DNA of 62,609 bases, the filler included, from Asterionella formosa (Eukaryota): NCBI GenBank assembly GCA_002256025.1. It is 16 parts of 16 records of this genome, joined end to end, with 100 filler letters (N's around TTAATTAATTAA, not from the genome) between each part and the next. Parts side by side here need not be neighbours in the genome. Positions count along the whole stretch, not along the records: positions 35,665 to 37,649 come from NKIB01000706.1; positions 37,750 to 39,733 come from NKIB01000707.1; positions 39,834 to 41,817 come from NKIB01000708.1; positions 41,918 to 43,901 come from NKIB01000709.1; positions 44,002 to 45,984 come from NKIB01000710.1; positions 46,085 to 48,065 come from NKIB01000711.1; positions 48,166 to 50,146 come from NKIB01000712.1; 9 more parts are not named here. One strand, 5' to 3'. Both the position numbers and the translations under genes were made by a program. Shown here piece after piece: positions 36,609-49,909 of the stretch. How positions within the stretch are numbered: the stretch's first letter is position 1; each line of letters opens with the position of its first letter. Under the pieces are notes generated by a model. It had not been told where the DNA came from, ran no database searches, and was given only the letters and a program-made list of their open reading frames with translations.

Positions 36609-37749
36609 CGCCTTAACAGAAGTATGTGCGACAAAAGCAACAATGCTATGATTTTAATAATATACATATAGATATATTTATGAGTGACAGCACATTGAAT
36701 ATGTCTTACGTCAATCATTACCTGAATAACTTTTGTTATTTACAGGATAATTACAGGTTGGATATCACCGCTATTTTAACACGGGATATTTTAAAATGCA
36801 AAGCTTAATTGCATTTCATTCTCATGTCATAAGCAACCCAAGCATTGGTGGCTGCGTTGTATATGCATGACATAAGATGAATATTATTTGATCGCGGTGG
36901 GTCCTGATCTTTAACTTATGAATGGATTGCACTTCAGGACATTTCGTTGTAAATCGAACATTTATAATTAATATATACCATGCATAGCAGGTATGATCCC
37001 ACCTTTTTTTTCTTCCTTTGCCAGTACTCAGCATGATGCTCTCAAAATTTAATCCGTCAGCTTGTATCTTGCAACAGAAGTACCTGGTCGTAGTACATTC
37101 TGCGAGTTTGCTCATTTGTCCAGCTGATTATTTTATGATGGATAATTTACAAATACCATGTCCTGTCTGTATGGTGGATATATCAGTGTTTTTCTGCATG
37201 TCATGCATTCCTACAATGATACGCACAGAACATTTGCACAATGGTTTGTTATATTTTGATACACCTATCAAGGATTATGTTTACACATGGAACATTCAAG
37301 CTCCTAACTATACAGATACGGAAATATGCTGTTATGGCTGAAGTCTTCCAGCACCATTCTATATGAAATGGTCTGTTAAAGAAACTGACTCATTGGGATA
37401 TCGATAAACTCCAACCGACTTCAAACTTTGGTCTTCAAATCTTAAAACAGGATTGAAATGGAACTTGACCATTTGTATGGTTACCTATGCATACATCAAC
37501 AAACTTGTGCATCAATGAAAGTATTGTTAGTTGCAGATACACTCATGAGTTATCCTGATCGTAATTTTCCTTTCCATATTTTTTACTAATGTTTCTGATT
37601 GTCAATTAAGAAACTTTCAAAGAATTTCGCTCTATGTCATTGAATGCGGNNNNNNNNNNNNNNNNNNNNNNNNNNNNNNNNNNNNNNNNNNNNTTAATTA
37701 ATTAANNNNNNNNNNNNNNNNNNNNNNNNNNNNNNNNNNNNNNNNNNNN

Positions 37750-39733
37750 AGTTGACGTCAGAGTTGTATTTGTGTATACGGCGTTTCTTTTGATTCTTTC
37801 GGACTATCATTAGTTCGATCAATCGTTGGTGTTTCGTTTCACTATTGACACGATCCTCAGGGTCTCCACGAGCGCGCTTTCTCCACCCGGTATATGCACC
37901 CAACAAGAAATGAGGGGATGTATTCGAAGACGGGCTGTCTTCAGGGAGTCCTTTAAACAATGCGTCACGACTTTGTAACTGGTCAAGGAATTGTTCGCAG
38001 AGAAATCGAGGACGGTGCGTTTCAAGGACGATGTTGCGCTTGGTGAGGCTCATACCTGCAGGATTGTGACCAATGGTGATTGATTCACAAGTGCCACCAA
38101 GGGATTGGATGCTGCTTGCCTGGTTAATGCTCAAACACACGGTCGCTTCTGATGATGTCAATGCCAGGAGACGACCGTCTGGTCGACCTGCCACCAAAAG
38201 AGACCCACGAACAACACGATGAGTGTGGCGATGCACAAGATGGTCGGTTGGGTTACCATGAAGGACGTTGACGCCCGCGATGGAGTATGAACAGGCAAAA
38301 ATCTTCGAGAGGAAGGCATCGCCTGCCTGCGCAACCCATGAGATATCTCCGATGACTACTGTTCTACCTACCATTCGATGCAACAAGTTCCGTCCTTGCA
38401 GCAAACGTAGAATGGTTATGTTGATCTGTGGAAGGAAGAAGTAGATCAATGCGTCTAAGCAACGGGTGATGTAAAACGTCCTCTCAGTATCTAGTCCGCT
38501 CACTTTTGCAAGTCCAGTCACAATCGGGAAGCCACTTGTTACTGTCACCATTATGTATACGAATGACATCACGTACGCTCGAGCATTCTCAAGAACGTGA
38601 TCACTCCAAAGTCGTCCAGCATCGCGAAGGCTTCGCTCGGTCTGCAAGCGGTCGCCTTGAAGTCGATTGCCCTCGCAGTCCACACCAACAATGTTCTCGA
38701 GAGCATGAATACAGACTTGGTTGCAGCGTTCGAGAATCTGCAAGTCAGACTCGGTGATAAGAGCTCCGCTCAAATGGCGAAATTCCTTTGTGCTCAGAAT
38801 AGTCAAGCAAATGTGTTCGAAAAGAAGAGTTAAAAGCTGCTGTGTAGCTGCTACACTGATGGAACAAGGCTCAGCTGGACGCAATCCGATATCTGTGGAA
38901 AAGATATGGCTTGCAGTCATCTTGTCATCTGCCATGCTGCGTAGCTGTTTTCCAATCTGAGTATCCCATTCGCTAGTAACAACAAAGATGTTCTTCGTCG
39001 ATGCTTGCAACAGATTGGAGCAGGCCAAAGGGGCGAATGTTCCACCGCTATGAGAAACAATGATGACTATGGTATCATGCAGGTCAGGATTGTTTGTTGA
39101 TATTGGGTATCCTACTGATGGGATGGCCATATCCTGACCAAACATTCCAAGAAGCTTGTTGCTGCTTACAGACTTGATGAACAGTCGCGGGAAGACCTTT
39201 TGTAAGTCACTTGCAAATTGTTCTGCCAACCATAGGGAAACTTCACACCCTGTCAGCAGTATATCAGCAGTGCCAGCATGAGATGGGATCTTTCCGCTGA
39301 TTCTATCGTTCAAGCGACCCTTGAGACAGCGGCTAAGATTCCAGCCCGTCAGTCGATTGAGTCCAACATTGGCCCAGCTCTGTTGAATCGCCTTGCATGC
39401 TCGTGGAATATCCTGTATGTCGAAAAGAATCAAATCCTTGGCTATTTCTGGGAGAGCTTGCACGAATTCATTACCCTCGAGTAAGGTCATACGGCTATAG
39501 AGCTTGCCGTGTGGAGCCGCAATGCTCTCTTGATGTAGCACTAGGACGACACTTCCACGAAGTACCAAGTGTTGTTGAAGGTGTCTATTAGGAACACTTA
39601 CTAAAGCCTCCCCCTCGTCCTGTCCCCAATCAATTAGACAAACCTCCCCACCAAGGTCATCGAGATCAAGGCGCAGAGTCTCGTCGTCGTGTGATGCGCC
39701 AGAGATAGGACGAGTCCACTCGTGTCCACCGGG
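37750..39733 (-). CDS. Partial large SIS-domain (GlmS/glucosamine-6-phosphate synthase-related) membrane protein
   Basis: The frame is open across the whole contig (upstream of the tracked ORF it reads RLDLDDLGGEVCLIDWG). SIS-like motifs DILLTGCEVSLW and IIVSHSGGTF are followed by hydrophobic segments. Confidence 0.65.
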
Positions 39734-39833
39734 NNNNNNNNNNNNNNNNNNNNNNNNNNNNNNNNNNNNNNNNNNNNTTAATTAATTAANNNNNNNNNNN
39801 NNNNNNNNNNNNNNNNNNNNNNNNNNNNNNNNN

Positions 39834-41010
39834 ATATGAAATGCTTACTGGGAAGAAGATAAAGTCTTATGCGACACCAGGAGCACCAGGAAAAACATTA
39901 GGAGCCAATAATGGAGAAACTATTATGGAGGCGGAATATCGCAAGATTGTTGGGAAATTATTATGGTCTACTAAGAAAGATTCCCCGGACTGTGCCAATG
40001 CAGTACGTGAATTATCTTCGTATTTAAGCTGTCCAGGCGAAGAACACTGGGATGGAATTTCACGAGTTGTTGGATTCTTATCAAGCAAATTGGACAGAGT
40101 TCTCAAGATTCGAAAACCTAAGGAATTACGGGTTATTGCTTATGTTGATAGTGACTGGGCTGCTAATAAGGTAAGCCGGAAAAGTACTACGGGTTTTCTG
40201 GTTACCATTGGTGGTGCGTTGATCAGTTGGCAATCAAAGGGCCAGTCATCCGTTACGCTATCAAGCACAGAAGCAGAATACGTTGCAATGTCGCAATGTG
40301 CTCAAGAGATTAAATTTATTGCAATGTTACTCAACGAAGTGACAGGTGGCAAAAATATCCTACCAAGCATTTTACGTGAGGATAATACAGGTGCAATATT
40401 CACAGCGAAGAATCAACAACTTGGAACAAGAACAAAACACATTGATATTAAGTTTCATCATGTCAAGAACATGATAGATGAGGGTGAGTTGCATATTGTT
40501 TTTCTAAGATCAGAAAACAATCCAGCAGACATTTTGACAAAGAATGTCAAAGAGCAGATTTTTACAAGGTTATCTGTACCCGTGCTGAGTGGTACAATTT
40601 TAGAACTTCTTGAACATGGTAACGAGGAGGATGTCAAGAATATAGCATCAATGGCTATAATGAGTCACAAGGACTGTGGACTCGACTATAGTCCAATGAG
40701 TCAAATGGTGCGTTCCCATGTCAAGAAGCTTGCTAACGAGATTGATGTCTTAGATCAATCAGAAGAAGGTTTACATCAACGAAAAGGGAACACGAAGAAC
40801 AGGTTCTCGAAGTGTGATGAATGGGATTGAAACTTAGTTTTAGTTTAATCTTATAATTAAGAAACAGTGAGAATTGACAGAGTAAGGTCAATAGCGAAAA
40901 CTAGCACGAAGGCTAGCAGCAGAAAGAAGATAACAATACTAGTGGTATAACAGGTAAGTTTTACGTAAGAGGAACCCGTCAGACGGGAAGGAGTACGAGA
41001 CCTTTCAACA
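39834..41010 (+). mobile_element. Ty1/copia 3' end: RT C-terminus, RNase H, PPT and 3' LTR
   Basis: YRKIVGKLLW, YVDSDWA, RKSTTG, LSSTEAEY, REDNTGAI, RTKHIDIKFH and NPADILTK. Purine tract GAGGAGGA precedes an LTR running TGTCAAG (40632) to TTCAACA (41010). Confidence 0.9.
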
Positions 41011-41678
41011 CTGATGCTGATCGCAATTTTTCTTGTGCGTGTTGTCCGCCTTCTCCATTTTGTTTTATTTCCGGTACGGGTAGTCGATGTTGGAATACAG
41101 GAATACTACACACTTAAGTTGTGTACAAATTTTAAAAATGTACTCCACAGCTCCACAGCATACCGGTATATTTGCACTCAGTACGTATTAATTGTAGTTG
41201 GCGGTGGCGGTAAAAAGATTCCCGCACGATGACAAGGGATGAGCGATGTCAAAGCTAGGAGCAGTTCCGGCACATCTTTATTAGTTAAATACTACCACAT
41301 ACTGGCGTACCATTACCTCTACCAGTACTGGTACTTGACTCCGGAGTAAGTCATGGTACCTGATACCTGGGTAACGCAGTAACAAGCAAAGTTACCTACC
41401 GGTACCGTGCCTCGGAATTACCGGGTCCTGTTTTGCCCCAGGTAACGATCAGGTACTCGTACCAGGTACCAGGTACCAGGTACCCCTGGTTTGGTATCTG
41501 GGACATGGATACGCAACACCATCAACATACCGGTAGACAAAGACACACCAGTAGACAAGGTCGTAAAAAATTACCGCTAGCAATTGCACTTCTCGACTTG
41601 CAGACTTGGTCGTTGTTCTTGTCAAATAATACTCTTTATGTTGTGCAGGAGGAAGTTATACGTGACTCAGCATCGCAA

Positions 41679-41817
41679 ATGGCCCCCCAACAACAGCACT
41701 TACCTTCCTTTTTTGGATCCACGAAGAAAGGTTCTAAGAGAACGCGAACTAATCATCAAGACAACTCGAGTCGATTCGGAAATTGTCCGCTTTGCAATGA
41801 ATGCTTTCCAATGCATG
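41679..41817 (+). CDS. 5' fragment of a protein with a UBZ/Rad18-type zinc finger
   Basis: MAPQQQHLPSFFG...FGNCPLCNECFPMH, cut by the contig end. Confidence 0.5.
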
Positions 41818-43489
41818 NNNNNNNNNNNNNNNNNNNNNNNNNNNNNNNNNNNNNNNNNNNNTTAATTAATTAANNNNNNNNNNNNNNNNNNNNNNNNNNN
41901 NNNNNNNNNNNNNNNNNATCTTTTGTAGCAGTAGGTGAACAAGCAAGGAATCTGCTGGACTGAAGATATATGTGTTAGCCATATCACAGGATTTACTGAA
42001 ATCAATAAACAAGCTTCCCCTGAGCGTCAATTGATCATATCTTTTCTGTAAGACTCCAAATGTGGACCTGGCTTGTAAGGATACACAATGAAGTTTGAAT
42101 CTTGATGTTTAGTATGTTGTTATCCTTCATCAATGGGACCACTGGAACTTGAGAGGACATCAACAATATTAATTCTAATTGGACTCTTTTTGAATTCAAA
42201 GTGAAGTATCTAACTAGAAGTAGTAGTATTTGTTGAATATATGAGCTTATTTGTTAATCCTTGTGTGTAACTCGTTCTCCAAGTCGACACCAAAGTATAC
42301 AATGAGGGTTAGTCGAGTTCTCTCATTATTGAGTTCTGATACATATATGATATAACACTAACCCTATATACATCTGTATTGATGCGCAAGATCGCTCACC
42401 AGGTACCTGGTACCTGGTACCACCATCTTGCTTCATGTGCATATTTTTATGCATCATCACGCACATCCCGGCCTTTCTACGACTACCTAATCAGAGTTGA
42501 TTTTTCAACCAAAAAGGGAGTACAAAATCAACCGTCAATGCAACCGGGTTGATTTTTTCCTTGTTGTACAATACTGTATTTTCTCGTGATCAAGTACGGA
42601 AAAATACCGTCAAGGTATTTTACCATCCGCAGTAGAACGATACTTGAGGCCTACAGAAAAATAGAACCTGGGTTGATTTTTACAAGTAATACCAGGGTAC
42701 CGTAGTCCATGGTATGTTTTTGTTTCTGTCATCTCTAGGCTGCTCATATTGTTCAATGTGCGTTTCGGCCATGATGCCATCGCTCAAGGTCGAGCGATAA
42801 AAGGCAATTTCATACTTGACAATGGATTGACCATCCGAAGACTATTCATGGTGGTAATGACCAATCATCGAAGATGACCAAGATTTCAATGTAACCAGTG
42901 CTCATGGATTATCGATGTGCGATACTCACGGTACCGGTTGTTAAAGTTTGAGGCATTCGTACACATGTCCTGTGTAGATCCCTTCACCTACGTATGTACT
43001 CCTTCCTACCTGTAAAGATCTCAGGAGGGTCATCCAGCAATGATTCTTGTACATACTGTAAATGGTTCCAGGTACCTGGTACCAGGTATTGTAGAAGATA
43101 CAGACTTCTACTATCCTACATCCTATATAATAGATAATATTGATGTGCGACAAAACTTGACGACAAAAAGGATGCCCCAAAAACGAGGATCATAAATCTC
43201 GAAAATCGTCAAAAGTTGCAACAGTTAAAAAAGACATTTAATCAGCATGAAGACTGTAAGTACTAATGAGCTTCAACTAAGCATGAACAAGCCGACATTC
43301 GTCGAGACAGCCAATAAAGACCACCAAGTTCGTCAACACAGCAAATAAAGACAATCAAGTTCAAAATAACAAGCGGAGAAAGATTCGACATTCACGTCAT
43401 CGTCAGATTCAATAATTGGTTTGGTTTCATTTCAAAGATGTAAGATTTATTAGCTCAACCTAACTCTCATCCTTCCTCCCCATCAGTTT

Positions 43490-43901
43490 ATGCCCCTCTT
43501 GTTGACCTTTCTATGGTTGAGAAGCGCCTCTTGCGCACCCAGCCCTCGAGAACTAGACACTCGCATTGTTGGAGGCTATCCAGCCGCCAAAGGCAGGTAC
43601 CCATACTTCACCTCAGTTCAATTCTACATAGCCAGCAGAGCTGGTTATGCATTGTGTGGTGGTACATTGATCGCTAAAGATATTATCCTCTGTGCTGCCC
43701 ATTGCTACGATCCGGCCGACTTTAATCTTGCAAGCAGCTTTGTCAGGGTGGGCATCGAAGATACAACAGTCAGCACCGGCTACTATCAGGCCTACATGGA
43801 AAAGGTCATTCCTCATCCGAGTTACAATAGTGCTACTAACAAGAACGATGTTCTTGTCATCAAACTCAAGACAGCCATTACTCAAGTCGCCCCTGTTGCT
43901 T
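43490..43901 (+). CDS. Secreted trypsin-like serine protease (S1), 5' part
   Basis: Signal peptide, R-IVGG activation site, CGGTLI, AAHC (catalytic His) and NDVLVIKL (catalytic Asp). Truncated by the contig end. Confidence 0.9.
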
Positions 43902-44001
43902 NNNNNNNNNNNNNNNNNNNNNNNNNNNNNNNNNNNNNNNNNNNNTTAATTAATTAANNNNNNNNNNNNNNNNNNNNNNNNNNNNNNNNNNNNNNNNNNN
44001 N

Positions 44002-45093
44002 GAACATCCCGGCATCCAGCCGACACACAGTGCTACTGCAACACAGTCCCAAATCACTGCTGCCAACCGTCTCTTTGACACCTCCCTTGACGCATTCCGC
44101 CGTTACTCCCAAATCCGTGAAATTCTCCGACAACAAATTCTAACAGCCATTGACCCAACCTACTACAACGTTCTGGAAGATGCTACATTTGGATATGCAG
44201 ACATCACTGTTCTGACCTTACTTGCTCACTTAGAATCTACATATGCAACATTGAGTGCGGATGATTTGGAACTCAATCGCATGCGCTTGGCCGATGCTTG
44301 GACACCAGAGGAACCTATTGAGCATTTATGGATCCGCATCAAACATCTTCGTGCCATTGCTGATGCTGGTGGAGAACCTTTCTCTGACAGTACTGTCATG
44401 CGATTGACTCTTTCTGCTTTAGAACAGGCTGGTGTATATTCGCATAGCATTCAAACTTGGCGTGATCGCGCTGAGCTGGACCGTACATGGGTTAATTTTT
44501 GCCCACATTTCATGCATGCTGATAAGGAACGATTGCGCCTTGCCACCGCCACCACTGCCGGTTATCATGGTGCCCATGCTGCCATTCAAACCAGTGGCCC
44601 TCCCCCATTGCCAGCTATTGCTGCCGCTGCTCGTGCTGTCCCTTCTGGATACACTTACAACAATGTCCAATTAGGCTATTGTTGGACTCATGGTCTTACC
44701 AAAAACCCTGACCATACCAGTGCAACTTGCAATCATCCAGCTTCTGGCCATCAACTCAATGCCACCCTTGATCGACGTCTGGGTGGCAGCGTCCGTCTGT
44801 TCAGTGATGGTCCCCGTCCTACCCGGCCACCCCGTGTTTCACCGCCACCTTCACCACTTGCTTGATGTGGAGGGGAGCAAGTTGCTGCCGATAATACTAT
44901 TAACACAAACTTATCTCCCATCACTTGTCCCCCCGTCACACTCATTGCTGATTCTGGTAGTTCTGGCAATTACGCCACTGTTGATTTACCTGTCATCAAC
45001 AAACGACCTACCACCAACCCTATCACCATTCAACTTCCTAACGGCAACCATGTTAAATCTACACATGAGGCCGAATTATCTTTACCTATCATC
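44002..45093 (+). mobile_element. CoDi-like copia gag followed in frame by aspartic protease
   Basis: Gag reads AIDPTYY..LED..FGY, WTPEEPIE and YCWTHG...H.S..C......H. TGA at 44863-44865 is followed in the same frame by ...LIADSGSSGNY...IQLPNG..VKSTH. Confidence 0.88.
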
Positions 45094-45096
45094 TAA

Positions 45097-45984
45097 GCCG
45101 CGTATTACGTGAAGTGACCATCACGTAAATAAGCCTAGTTGATTTTGAATGCATCACATGAATTAGTTGAATACATCAAAATACGTAGTTGAACATGTCT
45201 ATATATTATCTGAATACATCACGTTAAATATTTGATCAAAGTATCATGCATGCATTCCTGATCATCACTATATTATGTGATCACCTTCACATAATTATTT
45301 GAAATACTTCACATAATTAATTGAAATACTTCACATAATTATTTGAAATACTTCACATAATTATTTGAAATCCTTCACGTAATTCTGTAATTTCGTTCAC
45401 ATAATTCTAGAATAAAGTTCACTTAATGTGTTAAATTTGTTTACGTAATTTTCTGGAGCTCATTCAACTAAATTGAAGAGTTTCATTAATGAAATAAAGC
45501 CTGCTCATTCGGAACGGCATGCGAATGCTCCTTCACTGAAAGGGTTTGCTGCAATGTCAATTGAATGTAGAGGAAGATCAGTGTGAGTTATCAGTAGCGT
45601 TGCTTATATAGCCGTCAAAATAGCGCAGTAATCTTACCAGAACAACTTTCATTCCGGACCTCATTGTCCCTGCCTGTTGTCAACAACAATGCGTGAGCTG
45701 ACAAGCCATACTAGCATTTAGGTAAACAACAAGAACACACTCACCATTCAACTGTATTGCAGAGTTCTTTTATTTGAGTCGAGGATTCAATTGACATTGC
45801 AGCAAACCCTTTCAATTCAGGAGCATTCGGATGGAATCCAGGATTGAGTATTGATGCTTTCTGATTTTGTGTTAATGTCATATGATAACAGGGCTCCGTA
45901 AATCATGAGCTGTTAGTGTGCCTTGGCATGCTGTTTGTCATGCTGCCAGCTGCTGCTGTATTTCTACTGAATTATTGAACGACT
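45097..45984. repeat. Unclassified repeat end interrupting the copia pol, with a 22-bp minisatellite and a 49-bp inverted repeat
   Basis: CTTCACATAATTATTTGAAATA occurs about 4 times at 45285-45380. An inverted repeat spans 45518-45566 and 45785-45833. GAATTAGTTGA motifs are shared with 50116-50146 and 54272-54299. Confidence 0.6.
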
Positions 45985-46499
45985 NNNNNNNNNNNNNNNN
46001 NNNNNNNNNNNNNNNNNNNNNNNNNNNNTTAATTAATTAANNNNNNNNNNNNNNNNNNNNNNNNNNNNNNNNNNNNNNNNNNNNTTCTTTAACCATGTGA
46101 ACAAAACCAATTTTTACAATGATGACAAATCATGATAATGGACTTATGAGGTTGTGGCCAGGGATTGTCACATCTCAATCTTGATACTCCTTACCACAAT
46201 TCCTTGTAATTAACAAAGTTGGAAATCACTGTGAATTTTGTCTTCATCACACCATGTGCTTTTGGGGCAATCAACATGTATAGCTTATCTTTGCTTCATG
46301 TTTTCTAGCTGATCTTCAAACTTCGTTTGTAATAAAAAATATGATCATTGTTCCCAATGACAAAAATAGCGAATAGCAATCTGGTTTTCATTCTAACAGT
46401 ATTTGTGTTGTGCTGTATGTATATATCATTAGAAGTATAGTTTCAACATAGTAGCGTACTCACCTCCGGGTTCCCTACTTCTCTAAAACACATTTCACT

Positions 46500-48065
46500 C
46501 CAGCACTCAGTCTACGGGCGCTGCTACACGCTGCCGCTGACCAAAACTCTCTCCATCATGTCCACTTCGGACAACACCGCATCGGCTGCTCCTATCCCTC
46601 CCCCTCCGCTGCCCTCTGTATACCTCCCCCCCACCCCCACAGTGAATCAGAAGAAAACCCCATCGAAATCCGCACCGCAACGGCCGGAACCACCACTGAT
46701 CCATCACCCAATCCTGATCCAAAGCGCAACTCTGCTGTCTCCACTGGTGGCACTGTATTTAATGCTACTTCCCCTTCTATTCTCCCTCCACCCAGCACCG
46801 CCAACTCTCCTCCCGAAGCCTCATTCCTTCAAGCCTGGCTCTTATTCAGTGTTCCTCTCCCACAGATCACTCCACTTCCAGTCAATTATTCCTCTGATCA
46901 AATCGCAACAACAGTCCGATCCCTCCTCACTGCCATATTCTTCCATGATAGCTATGCTCTCTTACTCTCTGTCACTGGAAAACCTGACAAGCAGATCACT
47001 CGGGACTCCCCAATACCCACTTCAGTTGCCTCGCTTCAATCATTTATCCGATTCAACAATTTTTCGTCTCTTCTCCGTGGTGGTCGCACACTCCCAGACC
47101 ATGTAGTCAAAGGCCGAATTCATCTTTGTACCTGTCAACCCATTCAATCTCTTCTAACTACAGTAACCACTTCCCACCCTCAATGGACATTGCGGCGCGA
47201 CCGATTTCATGGAGATGTCCCGGTTGACTGTGGTTGGCTACTATACTTGTCCAAAAAGATGAATTGTCTCGCTACACAATTGCAACTGACAGCACTGGCT
47301 TTGGCAGAGCAACAGATTGCAATCCCTTTTGTCTGCCTTTGGAGACAAGTCGATGGCCCTGGTCGTTATCCCTCCATCTCCACATATACTATTGTTACCT
47401 GCACTTCCCCACCCTATCAGTCCAGTGCACGTCGTCTTCTCCAAGAAATCTTGTCACCTGATGAACAGTCGAAGTTCCCCACCAGGTACCCATTCCAATG
47501 CACCATGATTTTCCTTTCACCACACGTTTTAGGTTTATCAGACCAGTCATACGCTCAAAAGATGCAAGAGCAGCAAGAATTTCAAGCCAATGAACAGGCA
47601 GTCCGCATCACTGGTCTCCTTCCCCTCATACATGTCTTTCCTGACACATTTGAAACCTTAGGCGGCGCACTTCTTAGCTTCCCTGAACCCTCTCCTGGCT
47701 CCCAATGTCTTCTCCGTAGCCTTGAAACAGATCCAGCCAATCCATCTGTACTCTATTTTTGCACTCACTATTCTAATGTTAGCTACCTAGAATCTCTTAT
47801 AGAGACTCTCTTTCCAACTCTGAGACAAATCTATCCAACCCTGACCCCTGAAGATGTGTGGCTGGCACCCAACCACCACCACACCACTCAAACATTGGAA
47901 GATCTCCTTTCTCACTCCAACACAACTCTCTCTCATCTTCTCGATTTCACCCCCTATGACCTTTCTGACACGCCGGCTCTCCCCAACCCAACCTCCCACA
48001 ATAGGTCACGACCTGTCTCACGCTATGGTAAAGGCAGCAGAGGGCCCCGAAAGCATAGAGGACCC
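46500..48065 (+). mobile_element. Possible LINE ORF1-like region (frameshifted)
   Basis: C-rich sense strand with a Pro-rich start and broken long ORFs (RRDRFHGDVPVDCGWLLY...). The family assignment is an impression only. Confidence 0.3.
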
Positions 48066-48435
48066 NNNNNNNNNNNNNNNNNNNNNNNNNNNNNNNNNNN
48101 NNNNNNNNNTTAATTAATTAANNNNNNNNNNNNNNNNNNNNNNNNNNNNNNNNNNNNNNNNNNNNTCCAGGTCTTCTTAACCAAAGGAGTCAGCAGGTTG
48201 CGGATCAGTCGGTATTCTCATTGAAGGTCGAGGTACTGAGATACGAACCATTTTATGTCGACAAAATTTGCCAGTAATGGGTCACAGCAGTACTTAAATT
48301 TTTATCTATAATTGTATATAATTTTATATACCATTATGATCACGGATTACCCCGTTTGGTTTTCGCAAAATTATTTTTAAGAATTTTCGCATCCAATATT
48401 TATATCACGGTCACACAAAAATGCATTCAGCCACA

Positions 48436-49909
48436 TTAAATGCTTGTGCCTATCAATACCACTGCGATATCGCCCTCATCCCTATTAAGCTCCTGCCCTT
48501 CCACAAGCACAACATCAAGAGGCCGAATTGGATATGGAGAATACTTTTCTCCACGGCAACAAGTCTCCAAATATCTTGCCAACAAGTTCTGTCTGGTTAT
48601 TGGAAGCGGCGCATCGCCGTTGCGCTTGTACCATGTCACCATTGTTTTCAGTTCAGCTACGTTGTAGCTTCCAGCGTCCTTTTCAGTCTCTCTGATGGCC
48701 TGTACCTTCTGTGACAATTCAAAAAACCGTTGATTCAATTTCTGCTCCTTGTTGCTTCCAACTTCGTCAAAAAAAAACCGCTTGTCTGGTCTTGTCAATT
48801 TATATTTTGTCTGCAATCCAAATGCCTCCTCTTCAGTTTCAACCACATCCCCTTCCTTGTCGAACCACACTTCCTGCTCCAGCTCCTCAGCAATCTTTCC
48901 CATCACCATCTCCTTGTAAATGTCGGCATACATTGCTTCGCAGTTCTGATAGGTACACCAGTCCGCACGTTTGTTGTCAAACTTAACACCTTTTTTGCCT
49001 TGACATTCAGCCCATTCCGCTTCATGAATCCTCGCCAGTACCCCTTTCCCAACTCCTTCGTTGACTGCTGCTCATCCCTGAATGAAAAACAATGCTTGCG
49101 ACGCCAGATTTGAATGTTTTCCCTTATCGAATTTCCATTTACAAGTGAATTTGCAAGTTGCAGTCCCTCTCGGCATGTGATGGGTGAACGCATTTTACCC
49201 AACTGATCAATGAGCTCCACAATGTAAGGTTCCACTTCAAGCATAGGTGAAATGCGAGCTGTGTTTGTTCCTTGATTCTTTTTTCTTTTTGCACGTGTTC
49301 TAACTGTTTCGAAATTAATATTGACAGCAGGAGGAATACCAAGCGCCTCCTTTTCTCTCAATATTATAAAGGTAAGTGCATTTCTCTTCAATCGTGATTC
49401 TCCTCCTCCTTCTTTTTCTTTTTCCTCTTCTCTCACCCTCATATATTCTGCTGCTGAATTGGAAATACATTCTTTCACTTTTTCTGCCATGATGGAGCTG
49501 GCTACTGCAGTTGTTCCCTTTGGACGACCACCATAGGGCAGGGTTGTAGTGGCAGAAATGGTGCTGCTGCTTTCAGTTGATGCAGTAGTAGTGCTGGCAG
49601 GAGGCAAACTAGAACTTGTAGACATAATCATAGTATTAATGGAAGAATGATAATGAATTTTTCTGCTACAGACATAATCATAGTAGTAATGGAAGAATGA
49701 TGATAATTTTTTCTGCTATAGCTGTAATTTTCTACACCTTCCATTGTCAGCATGGATTTTTCGCTTTCTTGTGATTCTTCATGCACATCCTCCTCAGGCT
49801 GTTTGTCCATGCTGGTACTGGTGCCACCAGATGATCTCATTTTCCTTAGAAAGTATTTCACTTTCTGTGTAGTCACCCATGGGACAAGTTCTTGTACACC
49901 ATCGTGCAC
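48436..49909 (-). mobile_element. Decayed pogo/Tc1-mariner-like transposase with internal deletion
   Basis: GGRPKGTT, a CENP-B-like HTH (SPMLEVE...GLQLANSLV...LGKGYWRGFMKRN) and the first catalytic Asp in FFDEVGSN. The sequence then jumps to the C-terminus; frameshifts present. Confidence 0.7.
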
